Assembly: GCF_009914755.1 (NCBI RefSeq)
Contig: NC_060926.1
Source of the DNA: the human T2T-CHM13v2.0 reference genome, Homo sapiens
DNA: 64,000 bases
Direction: 5' to 3' (one strand)
Part shown: positions 40,493 to 53,457 of the stretch, one piece after another
How positions within the stretch are numbered: position 1 is the stretch's first letter
Layout: each line of letters begins with the position of its first letter
Notes under the pieces: generated by a model
The model's input: only the letters and a program-made list of their open reading frames with translations
Told to the model about the DNA's origin: nothing
Databases searched by the model: none
Program-made: the position numbers and the translations under genes

Positions 40493-40537
40493 GCTGGTCA
40501 CACCCTGTGCAGGAGTCAGTCGCAGTCAGGACACAGC

Positions 40538-41042
40538 ATGAACATGAGGATCCCCGCTCAGCTCCTGGCCTTCCTGCTGCTCTGTCTCCCAGGTAAAGAA
40601 GGAGAACACTGGGAAGTTAGCCACCCAGTGTGCTCAGTACAGCCTGGCTCTTCAGGGAAATGCTCGCATAACATGGTGAAAAGTGTAAATATTTGTTTTT
40701 GTATTTCCAATCTGAGATGCCAGATGTGACATCCAGATGACCCAGCCTCCATCCTCCCTGTCTGCATCTGTAGGAGACAGAGTCACCGTCTCTTGCCAGG
40801 CTAGTCAAAGCATTTACAACTATTTAAATTGGTATCAGCAGAAACCAGGGAAAGCACCTAAGTTCCTGACCTATAGGGCATCCAGTTTGCAGAGGGGGAT
40901 GCCATCTCAGTTCAGTGGCAGCGGATATGGAAGAGATTTCACTCTCACTGTCAGCAGCCTGCAGCCTGAAGATTTTGCAACTTATTAATGTCAACAAGAG
41001 AGCATTTTCCCTCTCCCAGTGCGACAAGTCATAACATCAACC
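40538..41042 (+). pseudogene. IGKV1OR2-3: IGKV1-family orphon pseudogene with defective RSS (probably IGKV1OR2-3)
   Basis: Leader 40538-40592 MNMRIPAQLLAFLLLCLP followed by gt; V exon from 40717 [45 protein letters not shown]...[12 protein letters not shown] at 40986; RSS CCCAGTG (41015-41021), 12-nt spacer, ACATCAACC. Symbol inferred from order. Confidence 0.9.
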
Positions 41043-42218
41043 GCTAGGATAGCAGATGAGTGAGGCCGGGTTGCCCTAGATGCTCCTCCTGGTGCCTCAA
41101 TCTGCTGAGTTGTTTTCCAGATGCAGCCAAGTTTTGAAGGTCATCTGGAAATTTTGGTAAATTGTGATGAGGTGGCTCCTTTGCACCCACTCTCTTTCCT
41201 CCTCATCCCCAGAAGCAAAGACATGAAATGCGAGTCCTGATTTAATAAAGAGATTTAACCACCTGAGGAGTCTGTTATGGGATGATTGGAATTCTTGTAG
41301 CAAAAGAGAAGCCACTCTAGCCCTTCCAAGCAGGAATTGTTTTAATTTATGAAATCAGTGTCTAAACTACAGCTTTTCAAGGCCTGGTTGATGTTAGTCA
41401 CGGAAGCAGATACTAGAGACATGATTCTCTGGTGCTCCTGCAGAAACCAGGGTGCACCCTACCCTGCAGGTGTGAGCTGCCTAACCACATGGTCCTTGGT
41501 TCTGTCTGAGAAGCCCAGAGTGCAGGTGCTGATGCTCTCAGCCTCCTGCAGTATGTCTCTAGGTGATTCTCTAGTTCTCAACTAAGTCCACTTGTCTGTC
41601 TGCAGGTGTCAATGAGCATTGAATCATTCTCTTCTGACTTCCAAATCTTGTGGAAGGACCCCTCAGTGAACAACTCTACAGGAAAGTATAGAGGGAAAGG
41701 TGGTTCTGACGAATGCGCTTTCAGAAGTGATGGTGATAATGAGGAACTGACAGCTGAAAGCCCAACATGGTCAGTATTTTCACAAAATAGTGAAAACTTT
41801 TGCCAGTTATGCATGGCCTCAGAATACATTTGAATATACTTGCACTTGTCACATAGCAACATAACTTTATTAAGTCATAGACACAGCTTAAAAATCAGGA
41901 AATTGTATGACATACATAACAATCATTTTACAAACAAATGAAAAATATTTCTTGACAAAGAAACCAAAACAACAGAAAAACCTGAACATTGGTGTAACCT
42001 TTTTTAAATTATGAAAATTCTTTGCTACTCAACATGTATCCAGAATCCAGCAGGATCATTAGCACACTGAGAGCATGATACACATGCTAAACAGCAGAAC
42101 GACCTTCAGTTCACTGAATGAGAACCTTTGTTTAGCCATGGTAGTTGATAACAGGTGACCTATAAAAGGTTTAAGAAGCTATGTTCTATGTGATATTTGT
42201 TTCAGCTAAAGAGATACC

Positions 42219-42355
42219 GTGGTGGTGGGCACCATTAGCCCCAGCTACTAGGGAGGCTGAGGCAGGAGAATCACTTGGACCCAGGAGGTGGAGGTTACAG
42301 TGATCCAAGATCATGTCACTGCCCTCCAGCCTGGGTGACAAGAGCAAACTTCTGT
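42219..42355 (+). mobile_element. Alu right-arm fragment without tail
   Basis: gtggtggtgggcacc...cccagctactagggaggctgaggcaggagaatcacttg...gcctgggtgacaagagc. Confidence 0.85.
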
Positions 42356-44529
42356 ATACTATTATGGCAATGAGGCTATTTTTAAAAATTTCAATGGAAA
42401 GCCACATGTTGCAACCACACCCAGCTTTATTTTCTAATCAATGCAACATGACATTTGAAAACAATTGGAAGATTGTAAAGTTGGAGAAACATAATGATCT
42501 GTCCATGGAATAATAAAATGCTTTGATGTTTAAATGGAGGAAAAGTTTGTAGGAACCATAATAATTACCAAGGTGAAAGAATAACTTAAAATTGTGTGTA
42601 TCTGTGTTCAAAATTATTAGACTTCATTCACCATTTCAACTTGGTTTGGGGAGGTTGCCCACTCCTGCTGCCTTCATCAGAATATGGTGCCTGGGTAGAT
42701 ACTGCCCTTTAGCCTTGACCTCAGATGAACACAATCCATAGGTTAGAGACAAGCTCTGCTCCCTGCAGCAAAACCACCCAGCTGAGCCCTGTCTTGAAGA
42801 GTCATGTTAATACTAAAATGAACATCCAGAAACACGATAAAACTTGATGTAATACACTGACTTTTAAGTAGTTGGTTATCAATCATCATTGTGCAAAAAA
42901 TGTGACCAATGTAATACTTACACATTCACCCATATAAGATGTATCTTATTATGATTAGTGGCAGAAGTATAAATATTTGGTAATGTATTTATAAAGCTAC
43001 CAATGAGAAATTTAAAAAGAAATTTAAAAAATTATATATAAATAAAAAGTGTAAAATTTACCTTATTTATGGAAACTCCACATATATATATATAAACATT
43101 AATGTAGGTACATATATATATTTATTTGATAAATAGTTGGGTGCGTGTAGTTCCATATGCATATATTCATGTCTAAATAAGGCCATTTACATATATATAA
43201 GAAACATAGGCATATTTACAAAATGTTTTAATAAATTAAATCTCTTAAGATAATTCTATTTATTCCTCATCAAAATAGTTGGTTTCTAGAACCAGATATA
43301 GTACCTGCTCTGGCTATAGGAATGTCCTTTGCAAGTCCTTGAAATTTGATGTATTTCTAAACACTCACCAAATTCATGTGTCACCTTAAAATATTTTTCT
43401 AACTTACTTGAGGTGCCAAAGAGTATGAATGGAGATGATTTTCCCTAATGTTAAAAGTTACATCCTTGTCTCCTAGGTAAGTCCTCATTCTTTGTATGTC
43501 TACAATGATGCTATTTTGGACAGAGTTCTATCCATGGATGCTGGACTGATGTCACATCATTCTCACAGTCAAGGATGGCCTGGAGAGTAAAAATCATAAC
43601 AGTGAGCAAAGTGCAAGTGTTATATCCTTGTTCATTTTGCAAAGAGAGATCAGCCATTCAATGACATTGTCTATGGGTTTGAACAAATCATCAGACCTTA
43701 GAAAAAACAGAACAGAGGATTAGAGACAAAGTCATTGTGGAAGAGCTATGAGTGGAACTTTCAAAATGGGCCAAAAGTTGCCTAATCTATGGGTTAGAGA
43801 GCAAGTTGATCATGTAACTTGCTCAGGAAGAGCTTTTTGGGGTTGTGAAAATACTTTATATCTTGACTTTGGAGGTGGTTAGAAGGATTATTTATTTGCA
43901 AAAATTCATAAAAACTGTACATTTAAAAATCAATGTGATTTATTTTAACTATTATTATCCTCAATAAAGATAGTTAACTATATGTAGTCAGGGAGCTCAA
44001 GGTGCAACTGAGTAATGCTGTCCTCACATCTTCTATTCTTGCAGTGGACTGCAACTGTGTGAGCAAGAATGTCTGGGAGATTGCCTCAGATCTAAGAGTA
44101 AAGAGCTGTGTCTCTCTGGCAAGAGCCCAATTTTCTTTTTACTTTGATTTTGTCTTCTATTGGATGAGAATTTAAATAATTCTCATAGATTAGATCAAAG
44201 TAGCAGGCTTTTTCATGTACACTTATTATTTATTGAAGCTAAAATTCCAAGCAAAATAAAAACTTATTCCAAAAGTGAAGAAAAGTTTTCACCTGTGAAT
44301 TGCCACTACTCTTCAGCTTGGGAAACACAGCAAATCCTTGTCTCAAAATTAAAAGAAAAAAGGAAAATAAAACATTTAAATAAAACAATATAAATTTTTT
44401 TCTAAAATTAGTTAACTAAGCCTGTCATACCTTTCGTTTTATGACCATCACTCAGAAATTGCAATTATTAAAATTTGCCTGAGTTTTAAGCATAAGAGCT
44501 GTAATGTGGCTTGCTATATCTGTTTATTA

Positions 44530-44780
44530 AATAGATAGATATATACTGACATTCAATTTTATAGGCATACATAATTCAATATAGGGCTACATACATATGT
44601 AGCTATATACAGATATGCATTCATATATACATATATGTGCATTAACACACATATATGTACATTTACATGTATACAGATATAGATATATTTAGATATCTAT
44701 AAATACCTATATAGCTATAGATAGATAGATATTTCAAATATGTATATATATATATGAACTACACATTACACATATATGTG
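44530..44780. repeat. TA-rich low-complexity region
   Basis: Degenerate tata/taca/gata repeats. Confidence 0.75.
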
Positions 44781-45159
44781 CTTTTTATGATTTTACATCT
44801 CTGTTCATGTCAGATGCAGGAATTAATTTTCTGTTTCTAATGCTTTTATTCGTTTTGGAAATGAAGTTTATTGTGACCACATATAATAATTCTGGAAGCA
44901 TTTCCTTCTTTTTAATTCTCTTGAAGTTTGTGTAATTTTCACAAGGTTGGTTCCAGTAAATGAAATATAAGATGGAAATTTTCCTTATAGAAAAGTTTTC
45001 ATTATAGAGTTCCTTTTAGTTTAGTCAAAATAGTTGCCATAATTTATTTCATTGTATTCTACTTTTATGTGTTTGCTATCCTGGGCTCTGTAATAATTTT
45101 CCCTTTTTAAATTATAGATTGTGTATTTTGCATCTTTTCTCTGTCTTTTTTATCCACCT

Positions 45160-45790
45160 TTCCTGCTTCATGAAGCAGCCATGGGGTTTAATTCCTTCCG
45201 GGTAATTTTTCTGAACTTTTACGCTCTGCTTCCCTTTTAAACGTAAGTTCCAATTCCAAACCATAACTTTGTAAGTGCATAAAACTGAAGGCTTTAAAGG
45301 GCACCCAAGTCATCACTTGAAGGTTTTGCTGCTTTGAAATTTCTTTGGCCAGATACCTTAAATTAGGTCTCTCAAGTTCAAAGTTCCACAGATATTTAGG
45401 GCAGGGGCAAAATGCTGCCAGTCTCTTTGCTAAAGCATAGCAAGAATCATGTTTATTCAAGTTCCCAATAAGTTTCTCATCTCCATCTAAGACCACCTCA
45501 TCCTGGACTTCATGGTCCATATCACTATCACCATTTTGATCACAGCCCCTCAACAAGTGTCTGGGAAGTTCTGAACTTTGCCACATCTTTCTGTCTTCTG
45601 AGTCCTCCAAACTGTTCCAACCTCTGCCCATTACCCAGTTCAAAAGTCGCTTCCACATTCTCAGGTATCTTATAGCAATCCCCCACTACCTTGATACCAA
45701 TTTACTGTATTAGTTCATTTCCATGCTGCTATGAAGAAATACCTGACACAGAGTAATTTATAAAGAAAAGAGGTTTAATAGATTCACAGT
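45160..45790 (-). mobile_element. MaLR (MST/THE1) internal fragment plus truncated LTR
   Basis: ctctcaagttcaaagttccacaga...gagtcctccaaactgttccaacctctgcc...ccaatttac, then tgtattagttcatttccatgctgctatgaagaaatacctga (LTR end). Confidence 0.85.
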
Positions 45791-46255
45791 ATGACCCAGG
45801 AATTCCACTCTTCCCTATAGACCCAAGAGAACTGAAAACATATAGTCAAATAAAACTTGCACATGAATTCTTATAACAATGTTATTTATGATAGCCAAAA
45901 AGTGGAAACAACCCAAATGCCCATCAGTGCATACATGCAGCAATGTGGATGAACCTTGAAAACATTAAGTTAAATGAAAGAAGCCAGTCGCCAAAGGTCC
46001 CACAGTAAATTATCCCATCCATATGAAATGTCCAGAATAGGCAAATCTATAGAGGCAGAAGGTAAATTAGTGGTTGTCAGGGGCTAGGAAGGAAGAGGAT
46101 GGGAAATGGCTGCAAACAGCATGAGGTGTTTTGGGTGGTGATGGAAACATTCTGCAGTGACATTGTGGTGATGGCTACACAACTCTATAGTAAAAGCCAA
46201 CGAGTTGTTTACTTAAAGTGGGTGAACTTTATGCCATACAAATTATATCTCAATA
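45791..46255 (+). mobile_element. L1MB-type 3' end
   Basis: atgacccaggaattccactc...ccatatgaaatgtccagaataggcaaatctatagag...aattatatctcaat. Confidence 0.8.
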
Positions 46256-46818
46256 CAGATTTCTTTAAGTCTTCAAGAAGCCCTCTGGTAAAGAAATCAG
46301 CCTAACCCAGCCCTGAACTCATCTGACCACCAAAGCTTTTCCTCACATTGGCACCCTGAGAAACTGGTATTCTGAAGAACGCGCTTTAGGAAAAACTGCT
46401 TTAGACAACAGGAATTTGGTAAGAAGAACTTTGTTTCTGTGAACACATATTTGCATGTCAGGGTACATCCTTTTGTATTTTATTTATATTTAATGTGTCT
46501 ATGTCTTGTCTTCTTGGTAGCTTTATAAGAATTTCGAGGAGAGAAAGTATGATTTTGTCTCTTTGAATTCCTACTTCTCACCACCCATAATGTGGTGCAC
46601 ACATAAATATCTGTAAATATGCAGTTAGAACTTTGCATCACTAATGAGTTAATTAAACTATTCAACAAAGCCAAAAATACATATCATGGACCCTCGAGTG
46701 CCAGGCACAGTTTTGGGCACTGGGCATACAAAAATAAGGGAGCTTACGGTTTAGTCTGAGACCAGGCCAGGAGCCACGCAGTAGAGGCACCTCTCCCTGG
46801 GGTGTCTGAAATCATTCC

Positions 46819-47324
46819 TGTGAACTCTAAATACCTGAGACAGGGCTCAGTCAATTTAGGAAGTTTACTTTGCCAAAGTTAAGGATGCTCCTGTGACACA
46901 GCCTCAGGAGGTCCTGACGACATGCACCCAAGGTGGTCAGGGTACAGCTTGCTTTTACACATTTGAGGGAGACACGAGCCATCAATCAATATGTGTCACA
47001 TGTACATTGGTTTTGTCTGGTAGGGTGGGACAACTCAAAGTTGGGGCTTCCAGGTTAGAAGCAGATAAGAGACAAAAGGTTTCATTATTTTGCATACTCG
47101 ATCAACCTTCCACTGAATACACAATTTAGTCTGGCTCAGTGAATCTGCATTTTTACATCAACAATAGGGCAGAGGAAGCAATTAGATATGCATTTGTCTC
47201 AGGTAAGCCTCAGAGAGATGACTTTGAACAGAATGGGAAGTAGGTTTGCCCTAAGCAGTTCCAAGCTTGACTTGTCCCTTTAGCTTAGTGACTTTGAGGT
47301 CCCAAGATTTAGTTTCCTTTCACA
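46819..47324 (-). mobile_element. MER4A-type ERV1 solo LTR
   Basis: Minus strand begins tgtgaaaggaaactaaatcttggg...ctaagctaaaggg; TG...CA ends; 4-bp TSD ttcc on both sides. Confidence 0.85.
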
Positions 47325-47898
47325 TTCCCAAAGCACATTTGTCATGTAGTTGAAATTATTGAACACCTTAATGGAGGCACCGTGTTTGAGATTCACTCCC
47401 TTGCTATTGAAAAGCAGACACAACCAATTTCTTCTTCATTGTTGGAAAAGGTTGCTTTCCCTTTGGTTGGGCACCAGTGGAAGACTTGCACTGAACAGCT
47501 ATTTTGGCCAAAACTATGTCTCTCAAAGGTGAGTCCCACTGGGGCAAATCCAGGTGCTCCTGGTCTGAGCAGCTTATAAGAAGGACAGGCACAGATAGAG
47601 CAAGGGATGCACACTCCTCTACCCTCCACTCTGCATCCACCCTGTGATACATCTAGGGTGGCACACAGAATGACTGGCACTGTCTAACTTTTTCTTTATT
47701 TAAAAAATTTACTGCATTTGCTTAAGCATGTACATGAGCTTGTCCTGTGACTCCCCAGTCCTGAAGCTCAGCCGAATATCTGAACACTGGGCTTTGAAAA
47801 AAAGAAAGTGACCCTGGAGACCAAAAGGACAGCTGGCTCACAGGAAAGCTGCTCATGGCAGGCAAAACTGGAGGACAGAGAAATGCACTAACCTTGGT

Positions 47899-48294
47899 TG
47901 ATACAGTTTAGATATTTGTTCCCTCCAAATCTCATATTGAAATGGGATCCCCAGTGTTGGAGGTGGGCCCTGGTGGGAGGTGTTTGGGTCATGGGGGAGG
48001 ATCCCTCATGAAGGGCTGGGTGCCCTCCCCATGGTACTAAGTCTTGTTCTACTTGTTCCTGCAAAATTGGATTTTTAATCTGGTACCTCCATCCTTCTCT
48101 CTCCCGCTCCCTCTCTCACATGTGACATGCCTGCTCCCCTTTGGCCATGAGTAAAAGCTTCCTGAGTCCTTACCAGAAGCAAATGCTGGTGCCATGTTTC
48201 TTATACAGCCTTCAGTACCATGAGCCAAATAAACCTCTTTTCTTTATGAATACCCAGACTCAGGTGTTCTTAGCAACACAAACAGACTAATGCA
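47899..48294 (+). mobile_element. MSTB-like MaLR solo LTR
   Basis: tgatacagtttagatatttgttccctccaaatctcat...gagccaaataaacctcttttcttta...acagactaatgca. Confidence 0.85.
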
Positions 48295-48307
48295 TTGGGT
48301 CTCCCAG

Positions 48308-49305
48308 TGAAACGGGAGAGTACCCTGAACCCCTTGCAGGACTTGTGATGGGGTGTGGCTTGTTTGCTGGCTGCTCAAACCCCTTATGGGAAGGGGAGCA
48401 TGCAGATGGGTAGGTGCAGGAGCTGGGGTGAGCGCTTTTGGGCTCCAGCCCCATGGTAGTGTCTAGGAGCGTGTTACAATTCATGCTGTTTTAGCAGCTG
48501 CTGTCCGTGGATGGCAAGTCTTAAACCAGCTCAGTGGAGAGTCAAGATGACAGTCTTTTACACTCTGCCTTCTTGGTACCTGGGTCCTTGTCTGGCATCT
48601 AGGAAGAATTAGGTCACTCAGACTTGTAGGTTGGTGAAGGCAGGGATTTTATTGAGTGACGGATAAATGGGATATCTCAGTGGGATGAATGGGGAGCTGG
48701 AAAGGGGATGGAGTGGGAAGATTATCTTCCCCTGGAGTTCAGCTGTCCTGCAGCCAATCTCCTCTCTGACTGTCCCCAGCTGAACTCCTTTCAACATTCA
48801 GATGCTCCTTCTCTTCTCTCCTTCTCTGCCACTCCACTCTGCTGCTCTGCTGCTCTGCCACTCTTCTGCTCTCCTGTAACTCTGCTGGTGGAGCTTGAGG
48901 CTTATATGGGCACAGGATAGCGGTGTGGTGGACCAGAGTGTTCTTGGGTCCACCCCATTTGGGCATGAAAAAAAGAAAGTGACCCTGGAGACCAAAAGGA
49001 CAGCTGACTCACAGGAAAGCTGCTCATGGCAGGCAAAACTGGAGGACAGAGAAATGCACTAACCTTGGCTGATACAGTTTAGATATTTATTCCCTCCAAA
49101 TCTCATATTGAAATGGGATCCCCAGTGTTGGAGGTGGGCCCTGGTGGGAGGTGTTTGGGTCATGGGGGAGGATCCCACATTTGGGCATGAAAGTACAAAT
49201 GCCTGTTCCCATTTAGGGCTGCGGGTTTCCAGACTTGAGGGTGGGGGCGTTTGCCGGGGAACTGCCCTCCTCTACCCAGTATTTCCTTGCCTCTTGTCTG
49301 TATCA
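48308..49305 (-). mobile_element. ERV1 solo LTR (LTR1/LTR27/LTR28-like) carrying an internal 211-bp insertion
   Basis: Minus strand begins tgatacagacaagaggcaaggaaatactgggtagaggagggcagttccccggcaaacgcccccaccctcaag; TG...CA ends; ccag/ccaa flanks. Confidence 0.8.
48966..49176 (+). repeat. 211-bp direct copy of 47795-48005
   Basis: tgaaaaaaagaaagtgaccctggagacc...catgggggaggatccc; 3 substitutions counted by eye. Confidence 0.95.
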
Positions 49306-50488
49306 CCAAGATAACACACTACAAATATGGGAAGGAGCTTGGAAAGAACCATGGGAAGAAACTTGATGTGATCACAGCACCCCCAGTGAGGGCAGGCGCT
49401 CAGCAGGGCAGCTGTCTCTGAGTTAGCAGCATCAGGAAGCCTCCCCTGGAAGACACTGGCTGCAGGATGAGGCTGCCAGCCTCCACCAGGGACATCTGGA
49501 CGCCACTCCTGCTGGCTTCTGTGGAGGCCAAGGGCAGCCTTCTTGGCAGGCTGCCAGCTCTCTGGAGGCTCTTGGGGCCCATCCTACCCTCAGGGGACCT
49601 GGCAGGAAGGTCAGCTGACTGCTCCTGGGTCACTCACGGATGCCCCTTTTTATGCCCCAAAATGAATCTGAAGAGAAGAAATCCTAGCCTCTGCCAAGCG
49701 CTGTCGCCCAGCATTGCAGCCTGAACACATCCAAGGGGCCTGATGAGCAGCACCTGGTCCCCCACTGGCTCAGACGCTTGAAGCTACTGAATTTACATGT
49801 AATTAAAGACTCAAGTGCAGACCGCATTTCAAAACAGACACTTGGTCAGAGATAGGAGGCCTTCCCCATCAGATGGTTTTGTTTTGCTTTTTCTCTGCAT
49901 ATGGGCCTTATAATTTGCCAAGGTAAGGTTACAGGGGCCACAGTTGTTTTGTTTGGAGATGAGAAAGCTCAAGAATGACCTAACTCTGTCTTCAAATATG
50001 CGGAGGCATTTATTACAAGGAGGGAATGGTTGGCTGTTTTCTTCTTGAACTGCAAGAAAAGGTGGCTCAGCTGAAATCCTAAAGACCTGCACACACGGCC
50101 TGCCACACTCAGCCCTTCCCCAGAGCACCTTGCATGTAGGAAGCACTTCTTGCCCTAAAGCCTAGGACTGCCTGCCTTTGAGAAGGAAGCTTAGGCCTTG
50201 ACCATGGTTGAGGAAGGAGGCCCCAGTATCTATTTTGGAGAAGTCTGGTAGGTTCTACCTGGTGGCTGGCAGCCAGGACACTGACTTTATGGCAGAGGCT
50301 TCATTATTTTAAAAAATTAAGGATCCTCAGTGAGGGAGGCCTTATTCATGGCAGGGCCCTTTGTGTGGCTGATAGGTGGGGCATCAAAGCTCTGGCACAG
50401 ACGTGGCTGAGCTGAACTCCTCTGAATCATAGAGGTGGGGAACATGGAAGCCTATAGCTATGAGAAAGTCCAGGAGGAGACAGGAGAA

Positions 50489-50645
50489 GCTTTTACCCGT
50501 CCAGAAGGAGGGGCAGCCGAAGGAAGGAGAGAGGGAAGAGGGTGGTCCAGTGCAGGCACAGAAGGTTCCAAACAGGCTGCACCTGCACTGGACCACCCTC
50601 TTCCCTCCTTCTTTCAGCTGCCCCTCCTTCTGGACAGGTAAAAGC
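50489..50645. repeat. Long near-perfect inverted repeat (hairpin; ~70-bp arms, 15-nt loop)
   Basis: Left arm 50489-50561 gcttttacccgtccagaaggagggg...ggtccagtgcaggcacag pairs with right arm 50577-50645 ctgcacctgcactggacc...cccctccttctggacaggtaaaagc. Confidence 0.95.
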
Positions 50646-51867
50646 ACTTCCATCTTTTCAGTGTCATGGAGGGAGCCCGAGAAGAGCAAACATTGACATC
50701 ACCACCGCTGCCCACAGCAGTGACACCACGGGCACACTTTTAAAAGGGTCGTATCCTGGACCGGCACTTCCTTGACTCTCTCTGTCCTAAAGCCTCTGGA
50801 GAGCCCTTAAATTTGTGGTCCTTGAAGCTATTGTAAAGGTAAGATTTTTTTTTCTCCCCAAGTCCTACCCATCCTGACTTTAAGTTTGTGGTGTCTCTGA
50901 TAATCTCTGCTCCTGTTCTTTGAGACCATCCCCGTCACCCTCCACTCTCCCACGTGACACCTGTAAAGTCTCTTCCAGGGATCTGGGGCTACATTCTAGG
51001 GTCTCTTTGCTCTGAGCTCTCTGAGGCCTCAGGCTGTCATAATAAATCAAATGGCAGGGATCTTCTCCAACATCATCCTTCTTCCTTCTGCTTTCCTACG
51101 AGGGTGGCAGGTTCAACGTGTCTGTAGAGGCCTCGCTGTGTGAGGGTCTGAAGAGAATTTCCAATTTGATGCAGGGGAAGGAAGGGAGAGAGAGACTAAA
51201 AATTGGTTGATGGCCACCATGTGCCAGGTGCTCCCAATACAGTCTCAAACTCATGACATCTCCCAGCCAATGGATTCACTCCCTTTACCAGTTCCACCTG
51301 GAGCTCCATCTCCCAGACAAGCAAAGGCCATGTTGGGGGGCTTTGCAGTCAGCTGCCTGCCATTTCATCTCAGGTGTTACCGTGGGAAAGTTGTTTAACC
51401 TCTTTGAGCCTCAGTTCCCTCACATGTAAAATGGACCTACGAGTTTCTCACACAGGGTTGCCCTGGGGCCAGGATTGCCAGATAAAATATAGGATGCCTG
51501 GTATAAAAGTTGCATGGGACAGACTTATACTAAATATGCTCCCCAAATTGTTATAGCTCTAAAATATTATGGCTCCAAATCAAATGTCTGAACTCTATGA
51601 GACAGAGCAAAAACCACGAACACAAAGAAGTAACAGGGTCAAGAGAAAAGAGCATGCACTTGGAGGGCAGACATCCAGGAACACCATCTCTGCTCTGTGT
51701 CAAGCCAGGCTGTCACTTTAACTGATAATTAAATGCTTCTGTGCCTCGCTGACTCCTCTGTGCCATAGGGACCTAAAGAAAGGCCCTACCTCCCTCACAC
51801 AGCACAGCTAAGTACTTTGAAAACATTAAAAGCATGAAAACAGTATGTTTTACTCTCTATCCGGGAT

Positions 51868-52227
<360 letters not shown>

Positions 52228-53229
52228 TCATCTCTCCCTCCTGCACCAAAAAGCAAACTCATCCATCTAAGAGCACTCAAGACTGAAGGAAACCTTTACA
52301 GAAAAATCTAGCCTGTTCCTTCTAATCAGCAGGACTGCACTGAAACCGTCATGGAGATTGGCATCCTTTTCTCTTTCTGAAGACCTCTGGGGAGGCAGAT
52401 TCTACAAACAGCCTTGGCAGCTGATGTGCTAGCACAGTGTAGGATAACTTATAAATACAGTCAGAGCCAAGGAGGGCCTCCAGAATGCAGCCCAGCATGG
52501 TGTGCACTCGTGGAGCCCTGACATACAGCTAAGGAACATTCTGAAAACTCAAGCCATCCCTCTCATCACTCCTCTTCCTTTTAATTGCAATTGACCCTTC
52601 AGAAATCAAGTAAATTAAGGGGGAGGGGAAAGAAGAATTTGTGCTAGTAAGACAGATTCCGAAGAATGTAAAATGAAATAATACCAAACACACAGAAATA
52701 GAATACTTTAGGCAGAAAGAAAGGGATGAAGAGGTAGAGGGAAGCATTTTTCCTCCCAGTACATAGTAGGTCCTCAATAAACATTTGTTAAATGAGTGCA
52801 TTCTTAGGAAGGACAATCTCCTCATCCATATGAATGAGAAATGTTTTGCTGATACACTATTTGGAAGTGACTGTACTACAGCTGATTTAATGGTAAAGCC
52901 ATCAAGTCTGCATTTCATCCTTCTACCTGGGTACTGGCTCCAAGAATCTGTTCTCTATCAACACATCAAGACCCTTGACTTAGAGAGCCTCATATACACA
53001 GCAGGAATAAAAGGAGAGGAGAAATAGAGAATGAAACTCAGCCTAACCTTCCTCATCTAGCCCTTTTCTAATTCATCCGGTACCTTTTCTAATTCTTCGC
53101 AAAGACACTGCGTAAGTTTTCAGAAGCTTTAGCTGGGCCACACCTCCAGGCTTCCAGGATTTGAAGAATTATGTCAATATAGAAACCAGTTTCTGGACAG
53201 CGAATAGCAAATCCAAAATCACTCTAAAT

Positions 53230-53457
53230 TGGTGATTGTCAACCAGGATGGTTTTGCTCCTAGGGGACATTTGGCACCACCTAGAGACATATTTTTAAAT
53301 GGTCACAACTAGCAGTTCTTATTGGCATTTAGTGGGTAGGGGCCAGGGATACTGCCAAAGTGCCTGTAATACACAGGACAGTGGCCCACAACAGAGAATT
53401 ATCTCAATATCTCAGCAAGGAATTATGTCAACAAAGCCACAATTGAGAAGCACTGTG
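53230..53457 (+). mobile_element. MER20-like hAT DNA transposon
   Basis: ttttgctcctaggggacatttggca...tggtcacaact...gggccagggatactgc...aattgagaagcactg. Confidence 0.75.

Noticed and set aside
45188-45658. 156-aa minus-strand ORF
   Set aside because: Lies within MaLR (MST/THE1) internal sequence; a transposon remnant, not a host gene.
46449-46456. Isolated ATTTGCAT octamer
   Set aside because: No leader, V exon or RSS nearby; an 8-mer is expected by chance in 64 kb.
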